Shown here in pieces: positions 17,107 to 26,294 of a DNA stretch of 64,000 nucleotides. The notes under the pieces are model-generated. The model did no database searches, was not told the origin of the DNA, and saw only the letters and a list, made by a program, of their open reading frames with translations. How positions within the stretch are numbered: the first letter of the stretch is position 1; each line of letters begins with the position of its first letter. Location: the NCBI GenBank assembly GCA_043802485.1, contig JAZDKZ010000007.1, positions 1 through 64,000 of the forward strand, written 5' to 3'. The DNA comes from Candidatus Aenigmatarchaeota archaeon. GTDB lineage: Archaea; Aenigmatarchaeota; Aenigmatarchaeia; Aenigmatarchaeales; Aenigmatarchaeaceae. Made by a program: the position numbers and the translations under genes.

Positions 17107-17509
17107 GAGCTCTCTGTTTAAATCCTGTATCCTTTAGTAATGACGTTGATACTTCATTCAAAGCATAAGAAATGACAGCCTTATATCTAGTCTTTTTCCA
17201 AGACCTCAAAAAAGCTTTTGTTAGTTTTGTGGCAACCCCTTTATTACGATATTTCTTGACCACGTAAACCATCGCCAATTCTATCATCTTACCACTATTC
17301 AAAATTCCTTTTTTGAATACTATGTCGCCATAAAGATATCCCACTATTTCCATATTATCTTCTGCAATCCAAATTAGATTTTTGTCTCTATTGAAAATTT
17401 TTAAAAAATCTTTGGAAGTTTCTTTATCTTGTTTCAATTCTTTAGAAGCTATTTCTGAGAGCCCTGCCAAGAATTCTGCATCTTTTTTTCTAAATCTTCT
17501 GATTTTCAT
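17078..17509 (-). CDS. GNAT family N-acetyltransferase
   Basis: MKIRRF N-terminus; VYVVKKYRNKGVATKL acetyl-CoA motif; AT-rich. Confidence 0.85.
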   Translation of the reverse strand: MKIRRFRKKDAEFLAGLSEIASKELKQDKETSKDFLKIFNRDKNLIWIAEDNMEIVGYLYGDIVFKKGILNSGKMIELAMVYVVKKYRNKGVATKLTKAFLRSWKKTRYKAVISYALNEVSTSLLKDTGFKQRAHVYYLEKKL

Positions 17510-18516
17510 TTAAACCAGCTTCCCAAAGATTTTTGCTTATCCTCTGTTATGGTCTTGATGACCTTTTCTATCCTGTCCTGCGAAAAGTCATGCTCGTCGA
17601 CCAGGAACTTTAGAATTTTTTCAGGCTCAGATTGTCTGAACTTGACATCAACGTCCTTGACAGGTGGGTTGAGGTAGAAATCATAAACGCTCTGGGCAGG
17701 GGTGTCATAGTCCCACTCTATCTTTTTGAGAACTTTCTCAAGAGTCTTCTCCTTCGCGACAAGCTTGAGCGCCTTCTTGGGACCAATGCCCTTTATCCCA
17801 GGATTATAATCGCTGCCGACAAGTATGCCCAATACGACCAACTGTTCTCTGGTTATCCCCAGCGCTTTCAGAACGCCTTTCAATTCTATGAGCTCTGGCT
17901 TCACTTCAATATAAGAGTTCCGTCCTGGTATCTTTCTCTTCCCTGTTATGGACAAATTCCTTATCAGCCTGGGTGAATTGAACAGAAGGCTGTCGCTGTC
18001 CTGGCTAGCAACAGAATAGACCAATTTCTTCTGACACATGTAAGCGCACTGGGCCTCTCCCTCAGAAGGAGCCTGAACAACAGGTATGCCCATGTATTCA
18101 AGCAGCCGCTTCGACTCATCAATCATCTCACTTGTAAGGCTTGATGTCATCTGAGCTGCCTTTTTCGCCTCCTCCAGGTTTCCCAACGCTAATGCCTCCT
18201 GCCACTTTTTGTAGGCCTCTTTCTTCCTCTCTTTCCTCTCTTCTATAGTCATGGTCTTTAGGTCAGGCTTCTCGCCGTCGAAAACCCATACAAGCCTGAC
18301 ATCGTTCTCCAATAGTTTGGCGGAACGGTAGAGTATGCCACTAAGATGGCTAGTAGTTCTTCCTTTAGAATCTTTCAAGGGAGTGCCGTCTCTCTGCCTT
18401 ATTATGCTAAGGAACTGATGCAACCAAAGGAAAGCGTCAACAGCCAATGTCTTTCCCGATAGATGTTTTATATCAATCTCTTGCTTCGGCAGTATCTTGT
18501 AAATCTGAACTCCCAT
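17506..18516 (-). CDS. fen: Flap endonuclease 1
   Basis: MGVQI start; LAVDA, HLSGILYR, VFDG, QAPSEGEAQ, SQDSDSLLF, GSDYNPG; C-terminal PIP box QKSLGSWF. Confidence 0.97.
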   Translation of the reverse strand: MGVQIYKILPKQEIDIKHLSGKTLAVDAFLWLHQFLSIIRQRDGTPLKDSKGRTTSHLSGILYRSAKLLENDVRLVWVFDGEKPDLKTMTIEERKERKKEAYKKWQEALALGNLEEAKKAAQMTSSLTSEMIDESKRLLEYMGIPVVQAPSEGEAQCAYMCQKKLVYSVASQDSDSLLFNSPRLIRNLSITGKRKIPGRNSYIEVKPELIELKGVLKALGITREQLVVLGILVGSDYNPGIKGIGPKKALKLVAKEKTLEKVLKKIEWDYDTPAQSVYDFYLNPPVKDVDVKFRQSEPEKILKFLVDEHDFSQDRIEKVIKTITEDKQKSLGSWFK

Positions 18517-18611
18517 AAGATACAATAAGAAGTCTGAACATTATAAAATTATTCGACTTTTGCAGGCACTGATAGTAAACTATTTTTATAGGGCTCTGTA
18601 ATATTCAATAG

Positions 18612-19934
18612 ATGCAGAAAAAAAGCGAAAAAACAAAAATAAAGAAAAGGCTAAATTTCCAGGACCTGCTTTTCATGGCAATAGGCTCGACCATCGGTGC
18701 GGGCGTGTTCGTGCTCCTGCCCATAGGCATAAACATGGCAGGGTTTGGCATAATACTTTCTCTTGTTTTGGCAGCAGTAACCACCTTGATAGTGGCTGCC
18801 AACTACGGCGAGCTAGCAGCATCAATGCCCATCGAAGGCGGGGGCTACTCGTGGATAACAAGGGCTTTTGGAAAGGAGAGCAGCAGCTTTATAGTGGGCT
18901 GGCTGATATGGTTGGGCAACATGGGCTATGCAGCACTGTCAGCGATAGGCTTCTCCATATATGCGGGTCCTCTGTTCAACATGGCAAATCCATTGCCCCT
19001 TGCTCTGATTGCCATGGGCATCTTTATGATGTTCAACGTGGTTACCATGAAATCCTCAATAAATTTTGAGAAATTCTCGACAATAGCACTTCTTTTCATA
19101 TTCCTAGTCATGTGGCTTTTCTGGGGGAGTGATTTTAATGTCGCCAACATACAAAGCTCAATCGCCCACACACAGTTCATACCCATCTTCACTTCAGCCT
19201 CTCTGCTATATGTCCTGTTCGTAGGTTTCGAGGCAGTTTCAACCATGTCAGGAGAGGCCAAAAGACCGTCACTTCTTCCCAAAGCCTTTGTGTATTGCGT
19301 CATGATAGTAACAGTTGTCTACATACTGACCTCTCTGGCTATCATGGGCTTTGTGCCCTACTCGTCGATAGAAACAGAAGGCGCCTTCCTTCTGAACATA
19401 AGCGGCTCAATGGCGCCGCTGGTGATATTTGCAGCAATGCTGGCGACCCTGACATCAACCAATGCCGGCCTGATAGCTGCCAGCAGGAACGTATATGCCA
19501 TATCAAGGGACGGTATGATGCCCAGGATGTTCAGGAAGATAAGTCGCCAATTCAACACGCCGTTTGTCGGCGTCATAGCAAGCGGCCTAATATCAGGCAT
19601 GTTTATAATGACCAATGCTGTGGAGTATGTAGCCTCCATAGCAGACTTTGGTTATCTTCTCTGCGTCTCAATGGTCTGCTCGAGCGTCATGTTCCTGAGA
19701 CTTTCCGAACCAAAACTGAAAAGGCCCTACAAGGTCCCATTTTTTCCATACTCTTCTTTATTGGGCATAGTGCTCCCCCTGTTGCTTATCATATTCCTAG
19801 AAGAGACGGCAGTCAACACAGGACTAATATGGATATTCGTAGGCTTCTTCGTCTACAATTTCTACAGGCTTGTGAAGATCGAGACCCGTCTCAAAAGAAC
19901 AAAGTTTTATAACACCCTTAGAAGATTCCTCTAG
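18612..19934 (+). CDS. APC family amino acid permease
   Basis: GSTIGAGVF, ELAASMPIEGGGY, FVGFEAV; about 12 TM segments. Confidence 0.93.
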   Translation: MQKKSEKTKIKKRLNFQDLLFMAIGSTIGAGVFVLLPIGINMAGFGIILSLVLAAVTTLIVAANYGELAASMPIEGGGYSWITRAFGKESSSFIVGWLIWLGNMGYAALSAIGFSIYAGPLFNMANPLPLALIAMGIFMMFNVVTMKSSINFEKFSTIALLFIFLVMWLFWGSDFNVANIQSSIAHTQFIPIFTSASLLYVLFVGFEAVSTMSGEAKRPSLLPKAFVYCVMIVTVVYILTSLAIMGFVPYSSIETEGAFLLNISGSMAPLVIFAAMLATLTSTNAGLIAASRNVYAISRDGMMPRMFRKISRQFNTPFVGVIASGLISGMFIMTNAVEYVASIADFGYLLCVSMVCSSVMFLRLSEPKLKRPYKVPFFPYSSLLGIVLPLLLIIFLEETAVNTGLIWIFVGFFVYNFYRLVKIETRLKRTKFYNTLRRFL

Positions 19935-21457
19935 ACATTCTGCCTTTTGTAAAAGTCCTGCTCAAGCTTCCTTCCGGTTTTCTTCTCCCACTCTGCTATG
20001 GGCAGGGAATATTTTTCCTGTATCTTGTCCCTGTACCACTGCGGGATAACGTTGAAGGCGCAGAATGGGACAATCTTGCCGTCAGGCTGCGCATAGTGGA
20101 TGCAGCAGCGCTTGACGCGTTCGATGTCGTAATTATAAAGGTCCTGGAAGTGCATCATGCCCACGAACAACGACTTGTGGTGCAAGTCTCCCAGTGCACG
20201 ATAGTCATGTTTAATCAAAGCGTTTACAAGTATCGATTTCAAGTCAAGATTCTTGGGCTGCTTGTCCTTGTCTATGAAGCTTCCCAACTTACCAAGAACC
20301 TTCATCGAGGTTATGGCCCTATTCTTGCCAGAGTTCATCTCCTCTGCCATCTCGTCCAAGTATTTCATAAGCCCGTCAACATCAACAAACCTTGGCAGAG
20401 GAACTATCTTGTCACCGTCCATGAAAAGATAAGTGGCCATGCCGCATGCTGGGTGTGCAGTTAACTCGTATCTCATCTTCTTGGTCAAGGCCTCCACGAA
20501 ATGGGTTATCGCCGTGACCGTGGGAACTGGGTACCAGTCCTCTTTGGCAACAGCACCGTCTGTCTGCTCTTCAAGCCTCTTGATAACATCAGGTATGGTT
20601 ATCCTGAACTTCTCCCTGTCAGCCTTGGTTATCCTGCCCACAAGGGAGACGGGCTGGTAGTTTATGCCGCGCACAACATCACTGTTCTTTATGCCGAACC
20701 TGAGGATGTTGCCGACATCATGATCATTAACAGTATTAATGACAGTGGGAACCAGAACAATGCCCATCCCGGCCTTTCTGGCGTTTTCCATCATTCTCGG
20801 AATTTCCTGATGATTCTTCGGATTGGTCTGCTGGGTGGTCCCGTCAAAGCTCAGATAAACAGTATTGACCCCTGCTTCCCTGACCTTCTTTGCCCATTCC
20901 ACATCATGCTGCAGTTTGTGGGTCCCGTTGATGTTCAGCTGTATATGATCATAGCCCTCTTCCTTGGCAATCTTGATTATGTCTAACAGGTCCTCCCTTA
21001 TCTCAGGATTGCCGCCTGTCAACTGGACAGCATTGCAAGGGACAGGTCTCTCCTTTCTCATGCTTCTCAGCATCTCCCTTATCTGGTCAAGCGTTGGCTC
21101 GTAGACATAGCCCATGGCCTTGGCGTAGAAGAAGCAGTAGAAGCACTGCAGGTCGCAGCGGTTGGTGACAACTATATTTCCTAAAGCAGTATGGGACTTG
21201 TGCATCTTGCATAGGCCGCAGTTCTGGGGGCAGGGCTTCATGCCCGCTATGTTAGGGTTCTCTATGCCTTTACCGTCATGAGCAAAACCAACAGCCTTCT
21301 TGTACATGTCATAGTCGCCCCAGTAGACGTCTTGGAACTCGCCGTGCTCCGGGCATTCCTTCTTTATCATCACTTTCCCGTCTTTCTCGAAGATAGTGGC
21401 TGATAGAATCTTCAGACATTCCGGACATACTGATTGCGTAGTTTTAATGACATTCAA
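19931..21457 (-). CDS. tes: Radical SAM tetraether lipid synthase (Tes / GDGT-MAS, MJ0619 family)
   Basis: N-terminal CPEC...CPEHG; CPQNCGLCKMHKSHT; radical SAM CDLQCFYC; HPACGMATY; C-terminal RCCIHYAQPDGKIVPFCAFN. Confidence 0.88.
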   Translation of the reverse strand: MNVIKTTQSVCPECLKILSATIFEKDGKVMIKKECPEHGEFQDVYWGDYDMYKKAVGFAHDGKGIENPNIAGMKPCPQNCGLCKMHKSHTALGNIVVTNRCDLQCFYCFFYAKAMGYVYEPTLDQIREMLRSMRKERPVPCNAVQLTGGNPEIREDLLDIIKIAKEEGYDHIQLNINGTHKLQHDVEWAKKVREAGVNTVYLSFDGTTQQTNPKNHQEIPRMMENARKAGMGIVLVPTVINTVNDHDVGNILRFGIKNSDVVRGINYQPVSLVGRITKADREKFRITIPDVIKRLEEQTDGAVAKEDWYPVPTVTAITHFVEALTKKMRYELTAHPACGMATYLFMDGDKIVPLPRFVDVDGLMKYLDEMAEEMNSGKNRAITSMKVLGKLGSFIDKDKQPKNLDLKSILVNALIKHDYRALGDLHHKSLFVGMMHFQDLYNYDIERVKRCCIHYAQPDGKIVPFCAFNVIPQWYRDKIQEKYSLPIAEWEKKTGRKLEQDFYKRQNV

Positions 21458-21527
21458 TAAATCAACTTTTGCAACTTTTGAAAAGTTATAAAAGTTTATA
21501 AATTCGAGATTATATAAAATTATCTAC

Positions 21528-22094
21528 ATGGTATACAACAAGTATGATTTTTTATCATTTGTCTTTTCGCCAACAACTGCGGCGATTCTTTCAACAATAG
21601 TGTTTTCTCTGTTCTCGCCGATAGGCCTTGGTAATACAGATATACTTTCAAGCATGTTGATAGGCGCAGCATTCTTGACTCTGGCACCTGTGTTTATCGT
21701 CTACTATTTTGAAAGGGACTTTGATATTGAAGATAGGAAAAGAAGGTCAAAACCATATCTGATAACAATAATGAGCTTTTTGGCGTGCTCTGTGATATTC
21801 TGGCTCCTTGATTCCAAGGCAATGTTCATGCTGTCGTTATCTTACCTTCTTGTCACTTCTGCGATAGCAGTCATAAACATGTTCTGGAAGATATCGGCCC
21901 ACTCATCAGGCATGGCAGGACCTACCACGGCTCTTGTTTATGTCTTCGGCCCGAGCCTTGCACCTCTTTATTTGCTGACACTGATGATCGTATTGATAAG
22001 GCTAAAAGCCAAAGCACATGACATATTGCAGCTCGTAGCAGGAGTGTTGGTGGCCATTTTAATAACATTGGCTGTATACTTGACTTTGTGGTAA
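21528..22094 (+). CDS. PAP2-like integral membrane protein
   Basis: Multiple TM; WKISAHSSG and R...KAH motifs. Confidence 0.6.
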   Translation: MVYNKYDFLSFVFSPTTAAILSTIVFSLFSPIGLGNTDILSSMLIGAAFLTLAPVFIVYYFERDFDIEDRKRRSKPYLITIMSFLACSVIFWLLDSKAMFMLSLSYLLVTSAIAVINMFWKISAHSSGMAGPTTALVYVFGPSLAPLYLLTLMIVLIRLKAKAHDILQLVAGVLVAILITLAVYLTLW

Positions 22095-22095
22095 C

Positions 22096-22566
22096 ATGAA
22101 AACAAAAGACATTGAAAAAAGCATATACTCGACCTTCGCTGACATAGCAACAGCAATAGGCTATTCGGAAATACACGGCAGAGTAATAGGAGCCTTGCTT
22201 GTTTCTAACAAGAAGCTGTCACTTAACGGGCTTGCCAAAAAGACAGGCTATTCGCTGTCAACCGTTTCCCTCAGCCTCGATTTATTGGAATTCCTAGGCA
22301 TGATAAAGAAGACCAAAAAGGCAGGGGACAGGAAGCTGTATATAGAGCTTCACGGCAACCTTTTGGAAGGCTTGAAAAAAGCGTTTTTGATGAGAATCCA
22401 GAAAAGCATAGACAACACATTGACAAAGTTCGGAGAGTACAAGGGAGAGCTGGAAAAAATAAATGACGGTGAGGAGCAGAAGAACGTGATGAAAGCTTTA
22501 AACATTCTGGAAGAAGAAGTTAAATCTGTGAACAAGTATGTGGGCTTGTTGCACAAGCTAAAGTGA
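22096..22566 (+). CDS. GbsR/MarR-family winged-helix regulator
   Basis: IGYSEIHGRVIGALL...LAKKTGYSLSTVSLSL...GDRKLY. Confidence 0.85.
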   Translation: MKTKDIEKSIYSTFADIATAIGYSEIHGRVIGALLVSNKKLSLNGLAKKTGYSLSTVSLSLDLLEFLGMIKKTKKAGDRKLYIELHGNLLEGLKKAFLMRIQKSIDNTLTKFGEYKGELEKINDGEEQKNVMKALNILEEEVKSVNKYVGLLHKLK

Positions 22567-22570
22567 TTTT

Positions 22571-22705
22571 ATGATGAAAATGGGCTTATGTGCTTCCTGC
22601 GGCAGTATAGCAACACAGAGCTGCCCATCATGCGGAGCAATAGTTTGCATAAAGTGCAGAGAAGAGTGCGGCTGCAAGCTTTGTCATGGTAAAAAGAAAG
22701 TTTAG
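22571..22705 (+). CDS. Small Cys-rich zinc-finger protein (44 aa), below ORF-track cutoff
   Basis: MMKMGLCASCGSIATQSCPSCGAIVCIKCREECGCKLCHGKKKV; four CxxC pairs; starts 4 nt after the upstream stop. Confidence 0.75.
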   Translation: MMKMGLCASCGSIATQSCPSCGAIVCIKCREECGCKLCHGKKKV

Positions 22706-22768
22706 TCTCATCTCATTTCTGATTGACTATAAATCCAATGAATCTTTGGTTGAGAGAATCTTGAGAAT

Positions 22769-22996
22769 CTAAATAGATTGCAGAGCTTCTATCAACTGTG
22801 TTTTTATTTCGTCTTCAGCTGGGAAACCCAAAGCATTCTTGAATCTCTTCTGACCCATAGGTGTTATGAATCCTTTCGAGATTGAAATGAACTCGTTCTC
22901 TCCCTCTGGAGTCTTTGCTATTTTTCTAGCTACTTCCAAGAACTTGTTGTTTCCGAACTTGACTTCACGGGTCTCTTTTGTTTCGAATTCTACCAT
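22769..22996 (-). CDS. Small conserved archaeal protein, possibly PC4/PUR-like nucleic-acid binding
   Basis: GGAGG RBS upstream; beta-rich then C-terminal helix; fold call is inference. Confidence 0.55.
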   Translation of the reverse strand: MVEFETKETREVKFGNNKFLEVARKIAKTPEGENEFISISKGFITPMGQKRFKNALGFPAEDEIKTQLIEALQSI

Positions 22997-23078
22997 TTCT
23001 ATTACCTCCTGTTTTCTAATCTAAATAGCTGTTGATATTATTTAAATGACTATGTTAGACTCATGTTGCAGAATCAGA

Positions 23079-23327
23079 CTAGAGTATGGTGACAGAGCCT
23101 GCTTCTACCTCTGAAACACCATCAATTTCCTTTATCTTGCCCTCGAGGTCACCTGTCTCTCCGTCAGGAACAACCACAAGTATCTTTAGCTGCTTCAGAC
23201 CAAAGGCAATAGGCTCTATCTTTGAATCTTGGAGCTTCATCTTCTCAGAAATCTTGTCTCTTAGCTTCTCCATGTCTACCTCAGAAGACTCTGGCATTAC
23301 CTTTAGTTCTACAGCTACATTACCCAT
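23079..23327 (-). CDS. ef1b: Translation elongation factor aEF-1beta
   Basis: LKVMPES..VD, EPIAFGLK motifs. Confidence 0.95.
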   Translation of the reverse strand: MGNVAVELKVMPESSEVDMEKLRDKISEKMKLQDSKIEPIAFGLKQLKILVVVPDGETGDLEGKIKEIDGVSEVEAGSVTIL

Positions 23328-23491
23328 TATGGACCCTCAAAATTGCATATAGAGCACTTGTAGGGGTTTGACATCTTCTTGCACTTTTTGCACCTGATTA
23401 TGGTGCCCTCACCGCAAGAAGGACACTTGAATTTTACAAACTCTTCCTGTCCCACGACATTCTCCCCACAACTCGAGCATATCAACTTCAT
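23327..23491 (-). CDS. Zn-ribbon protein (DUF1610/HVO_2753-like, 54 aa), below ORF-track cutoff
   Basis: MKLICSSCG...FKCPSCG...IIRCKKCKK.SNPYKCSICNFEGP; TAATG overlap with ef1b, the usual archaeal gene pair. Confidence 0.92.
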   Translation of the reverse strand: MKLICSSCGENVVGQEEFVKFKCPSCGEGTIIRCKKCKKMSNPYKCSICNFEGP

Positions 23492-23574
23492 TCAAATCAC
23501 TTTATAGAATAACAGTTATTGATTAAATATATTTAAAGTTATTCTATTAGCATCCAAAGAAAATTCCGAACAAA

Positions 23575-23877
23575 CTAGTTTTTCAGGGTTTTTACTAGGG
23601 TTTTCCTCAAGGCAACGCCCTTTAGCGAGCCTTTGGTAAAGTCTTCCTTGATGTTCACTAGATCGTCCGCCACAGCATGCTCCTCCATAACGTTCCTGAG
23701 CCATGACTCGAAATCGTTCCTGTCCTCCCTTAGGTGGAACTTTATGGACTTCATGGGCACCTTCCTGAAAGCTTCTTTTAGCTCCTTTGTAGTGTGCGCG
23801 ACAAAACCCACGCTGCCTTCTTCTGTAGAAAACCAGAAAGCCTCGTTGTCTGCAACATTTTTTGACATTGAAATCAT
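23575..23877 (-). CDS. DUF5752-like protein
   Basis: AFWF...EL......SIKFHL...RNDFESWLRNV pattern; divergent from the glycogen operon. Confidence 0.65.
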   Translation of the reverse strand: MISMSKNVADNEAFWFSTEEGSVGFVAHTTKELKEAFRKVPMKSIKFHLREDRNDFESWLRNVMEEHAVADDLVNIKEDFTKGSLKGVALRKTLVKTLKN

Positions 23878-23994
23878 CCTTATATAATCTCTTATAAGAT
23901 AACTTTAATATAAAGCTTACCATATATTTAATTTGTTTGAATTAAGAAAAAATTCATCTAAAATTTCGGGAATTTGAGATGAAAAGATGGTCCA

Positions 23995-25134
23995 ATGAGA
24001 GTTCTTATTTTGGGATGGGAGTTCCCTCCTGCGAAGACAGGAGGTCTTGGTACGCATTGCTATGAACTGGTAAAAAACCTCGGAGAGAAGGGCATCAAGG
24101 TCCTTCTGTTCATCCCCAAAAGGACAAGCAATGTCAAGCACAACCTCAAGAACGTGGAGATAGTCGAGGTGGGCAGTTCTATCGTCTCTACCTATAACAC
24201 CACAGCACCGGAAATCTTCGAAAAGGGCTATGGCTGGAACTTTTTCCAAGAAGTTGAGGCGTTCAACAGGAAATGCGTCGATTTGGCGATGAAAATGGAC
24301 TTTGACGTCATACACTCGCATGACTGGATAAGCATTCCAGCCGGCATGGAGCTGAAAAGAAGGAAGGGAAAGCCCCTTGTGCTGACCATGCACTCGACAG
24401 AATACGACAGAACAGCCAACATATACCCTCTCCAGAAGATAGTGGACATTGAGAAGACGGGCTTGGATGAGGCGAACATGATAATAACAGTCAGCAGGCA
24501 GATGAAGGCCCAGCTGATAGACAGGTACCAGGCTGACAGCAACAAAATCAAGGTAATATACAACGGCATAGACTATAGAAAGTTCTTTGGGCTCACGAAG
24601 AAAGGCGACAAGAAGATTGTCCTCTTCCTTGGAAGGCTCACCAACCAGAAGGGGCCGTATTTCTTTTTGCATGCAGCTGCCAAGGTGCTGGAAAAAAGAA
24701 AGGACGTGCTGTTCGCAGTGTCTGGCCAAGGCGAGAAGATGACCGAGCTGATCAAGATGGCCATAAATATGAACATAATGGGCAACATGGTCTTCACTGG
24801 CTATCTGTCAGAAGAGGAGATACGCCATGCATATTCAATGGCCGATGTTTACGTGATGCCTTCTGTGGCAGAGCCTTTCGGCATAACAGCTTTGGAGGCG
24901 ATAGCCTCAGGAACGCCTGTCATAGTCTCGAAGAATGCAGGAGTGGCAGAGAAGATATCACACTGCTTCAAGGTCGACTATTGGGACACACATGAAATGG
25001 CGAACAAGATAATAGGAATTCTTGACTATCCTGCACTAGGAAGCTGCATGAGGAGGAACTCCTACAGGGAATTGGATGGTTTCGGCTGGGACAAGGTGGC
25101 TGACCAGACAATAGCTGTTTACAGGGGAGTTTAA
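23995..25134 (+). CDS. GT4 glycosyltransferase (glycogen-synthase-like)
   Basis: WEFPPAKTGGLG, HSHDW, MPSVAEPFGITALEA. Confidence 0.92.
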   Translation: MRVLILGWEFPPAKTGGLGTHCYELVKNLGEKGIKVLLFIPKRTSNVKHNLKNVEIVEVGSSIVSTYNTTAPEIFEKGYGWNFFQEVEAFNRKCVDLAMKMDFDVIHSHDWISIPAGMELKRRKGKPLVLTMHSTEYDRTANIYPLQKIVDIEKTGLDEANMIITVSRQMKAQLIDRYQADSNKIKVIYNGIDYRKFFGLTKKGDKKIVLFLGRLTNQKGPYFFLHAAAKVLEKRKDVLFAVSGQGEKMTELIKMAINMNIMGNMVFTGYLSEEEIRHAYSMADVYVMPSVAEPFGITALEAIASGTPVIVSKNAGVAEKISHCFKVDYWDTHEMANKIIGILDYPALGSCMRRNSYRELDGFGWDKVADQTIAVYRGV

Positions 25135-26294
25135 TGACATCATTATGCTTCTACTTCCAGGTTCACCAACCATTAAGGCTGAACAGGTTCACTGTTTTCA
25201 CAAAGAACACTCCTTATTTTGACGAGGCAAGAAACAAAAAGTACTTTGAAAGGATTGCCAGAAAGTGTTACTTGCCGACAAACAAGGTGCTTCTTGATCT
25301 GATTGACCAGTATGGCAAGGATTTCAAAGTAGCTTTCAGCCTAACAGGAGTTTTCGTGGAACAGTGCAAAAAGTTCGCTCCTGAAGTTTTGGATTCCTTT
25401 GTGGAACTGTCAAAGACAGGCTCTGCAGAATTCCTCAACGAGACTTATTATCATTCCTTGGCTGCTCTGTTCTCTGTGGAGGAGTTCAAGAAGCAGATTG
25501 AATTGCACAGGTCAATGGTAAAGGACACCTTCAACCAGAGCCCGTCGGTTTTCAGGAACACAGAGGCGATGTATTCGAACGAAATCGCAAAAACAATCGA
25601 AAATCTGGGATACAAGGGAATAATAACAGAAGGGCACGAGTCCATTCTCGGCTGGAGGTCCCCCAACTATCTCTACCAGCCAAAAGGCTGCTCCAAGATC
25701 GTAGCCCTGCTAAGGAACTACAAACTGAGCGACGACATTGGCTTCAGGTTCTCCGCCAAATGGTGGAAGGAGCATCCGTTGACAGCGGACAAGTACGCTT
25801 CGTGGCTGTCCTCGTGCGAGGGCAACTGCATCAACCTGTTCATAGACTATGAGACTTTCGGAGAGCACCAGTGGGAAGACACTGGCATCTTCGAGTTCCT
25901 GAAACACTTGCCCAATGAAGTGTCAAAGTACAAGCATCTTGATTTCAAAACACCGTCAGAAGTCGCCAAGTCATACAAGCATGTCGGTGAAATAGACGTT
26001 CCCTTCATCCTGTCGTGGGCTGACGTGCAAAGGGACACTTCAGCATGGCTGGAGAACGAGATGCAGAAGCTTGCCTTTGAGCAGATGTCCAAGCTGGAAG
26101 GCCTTGTCAAGAACGACCCAGAACTCCTGCACGTGTGGAGGCTGATGCAGACATCGGACCACTTCTACTACATGTGCACAAAGTGGTGGGCTGACGGCGA
26201 CGTGCACAAATATTTCAATCCTTATGACTCTCCGTATGACGCTTTCATCAATTACATGAACATCCTTCAGGACATCAAGAGGAGAATAAAATGA
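25134..26294 (+). CDS. GH57 alpha-amylase family
   Basis: FQVHQP, ETYYHSL, FRNTE, DYETFGEH, QTSDHFYY. Confidence 0.95.
   Translation: MTSLCFYFQVHQPLRLNRFTVFTKNTPYFDEARNKKYFERIARKCYLPTNKVLLDLIDQYGKDFKVAFSLTGVFVEQCKKFAPEVLDSFVELSKTGSAEFLNETYYHSLAALFSVEEFKKQIELHRSMVKDTFNQSPSVFRNTEAMYSNEIAKTIENLGYKGIITEGHESILGWRSPNYLYQPKGCSKIVALLRNYKLSDDIGFRFSAKWWKEHPLTADKYASWLSSCEGNCINLFIDYETFGEHQWEDTGIFEFLKHLPNEVSKYKHLDFKTPSEVAKSYKHVGEIDVPFILSWADVQRDTSAWLENEMQKLAFEQMSKLEGLVKNDPELLHVWRLMQTSDHFYYMCTKWWADGDVHKYFNPYDSPYDAFINYMNILQDIKRRIK

Noticed and set aside
15958..17509. MTase plus GNAT as a restriction-modification or toxin-antitoxin defence system
   Set aside because: No nuclease or antitoxin gene is recognisable nearby.
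23917..24729. 270-aa minus-strand ORF
   Set aside because: Antisense shadow of the GT4 gene.
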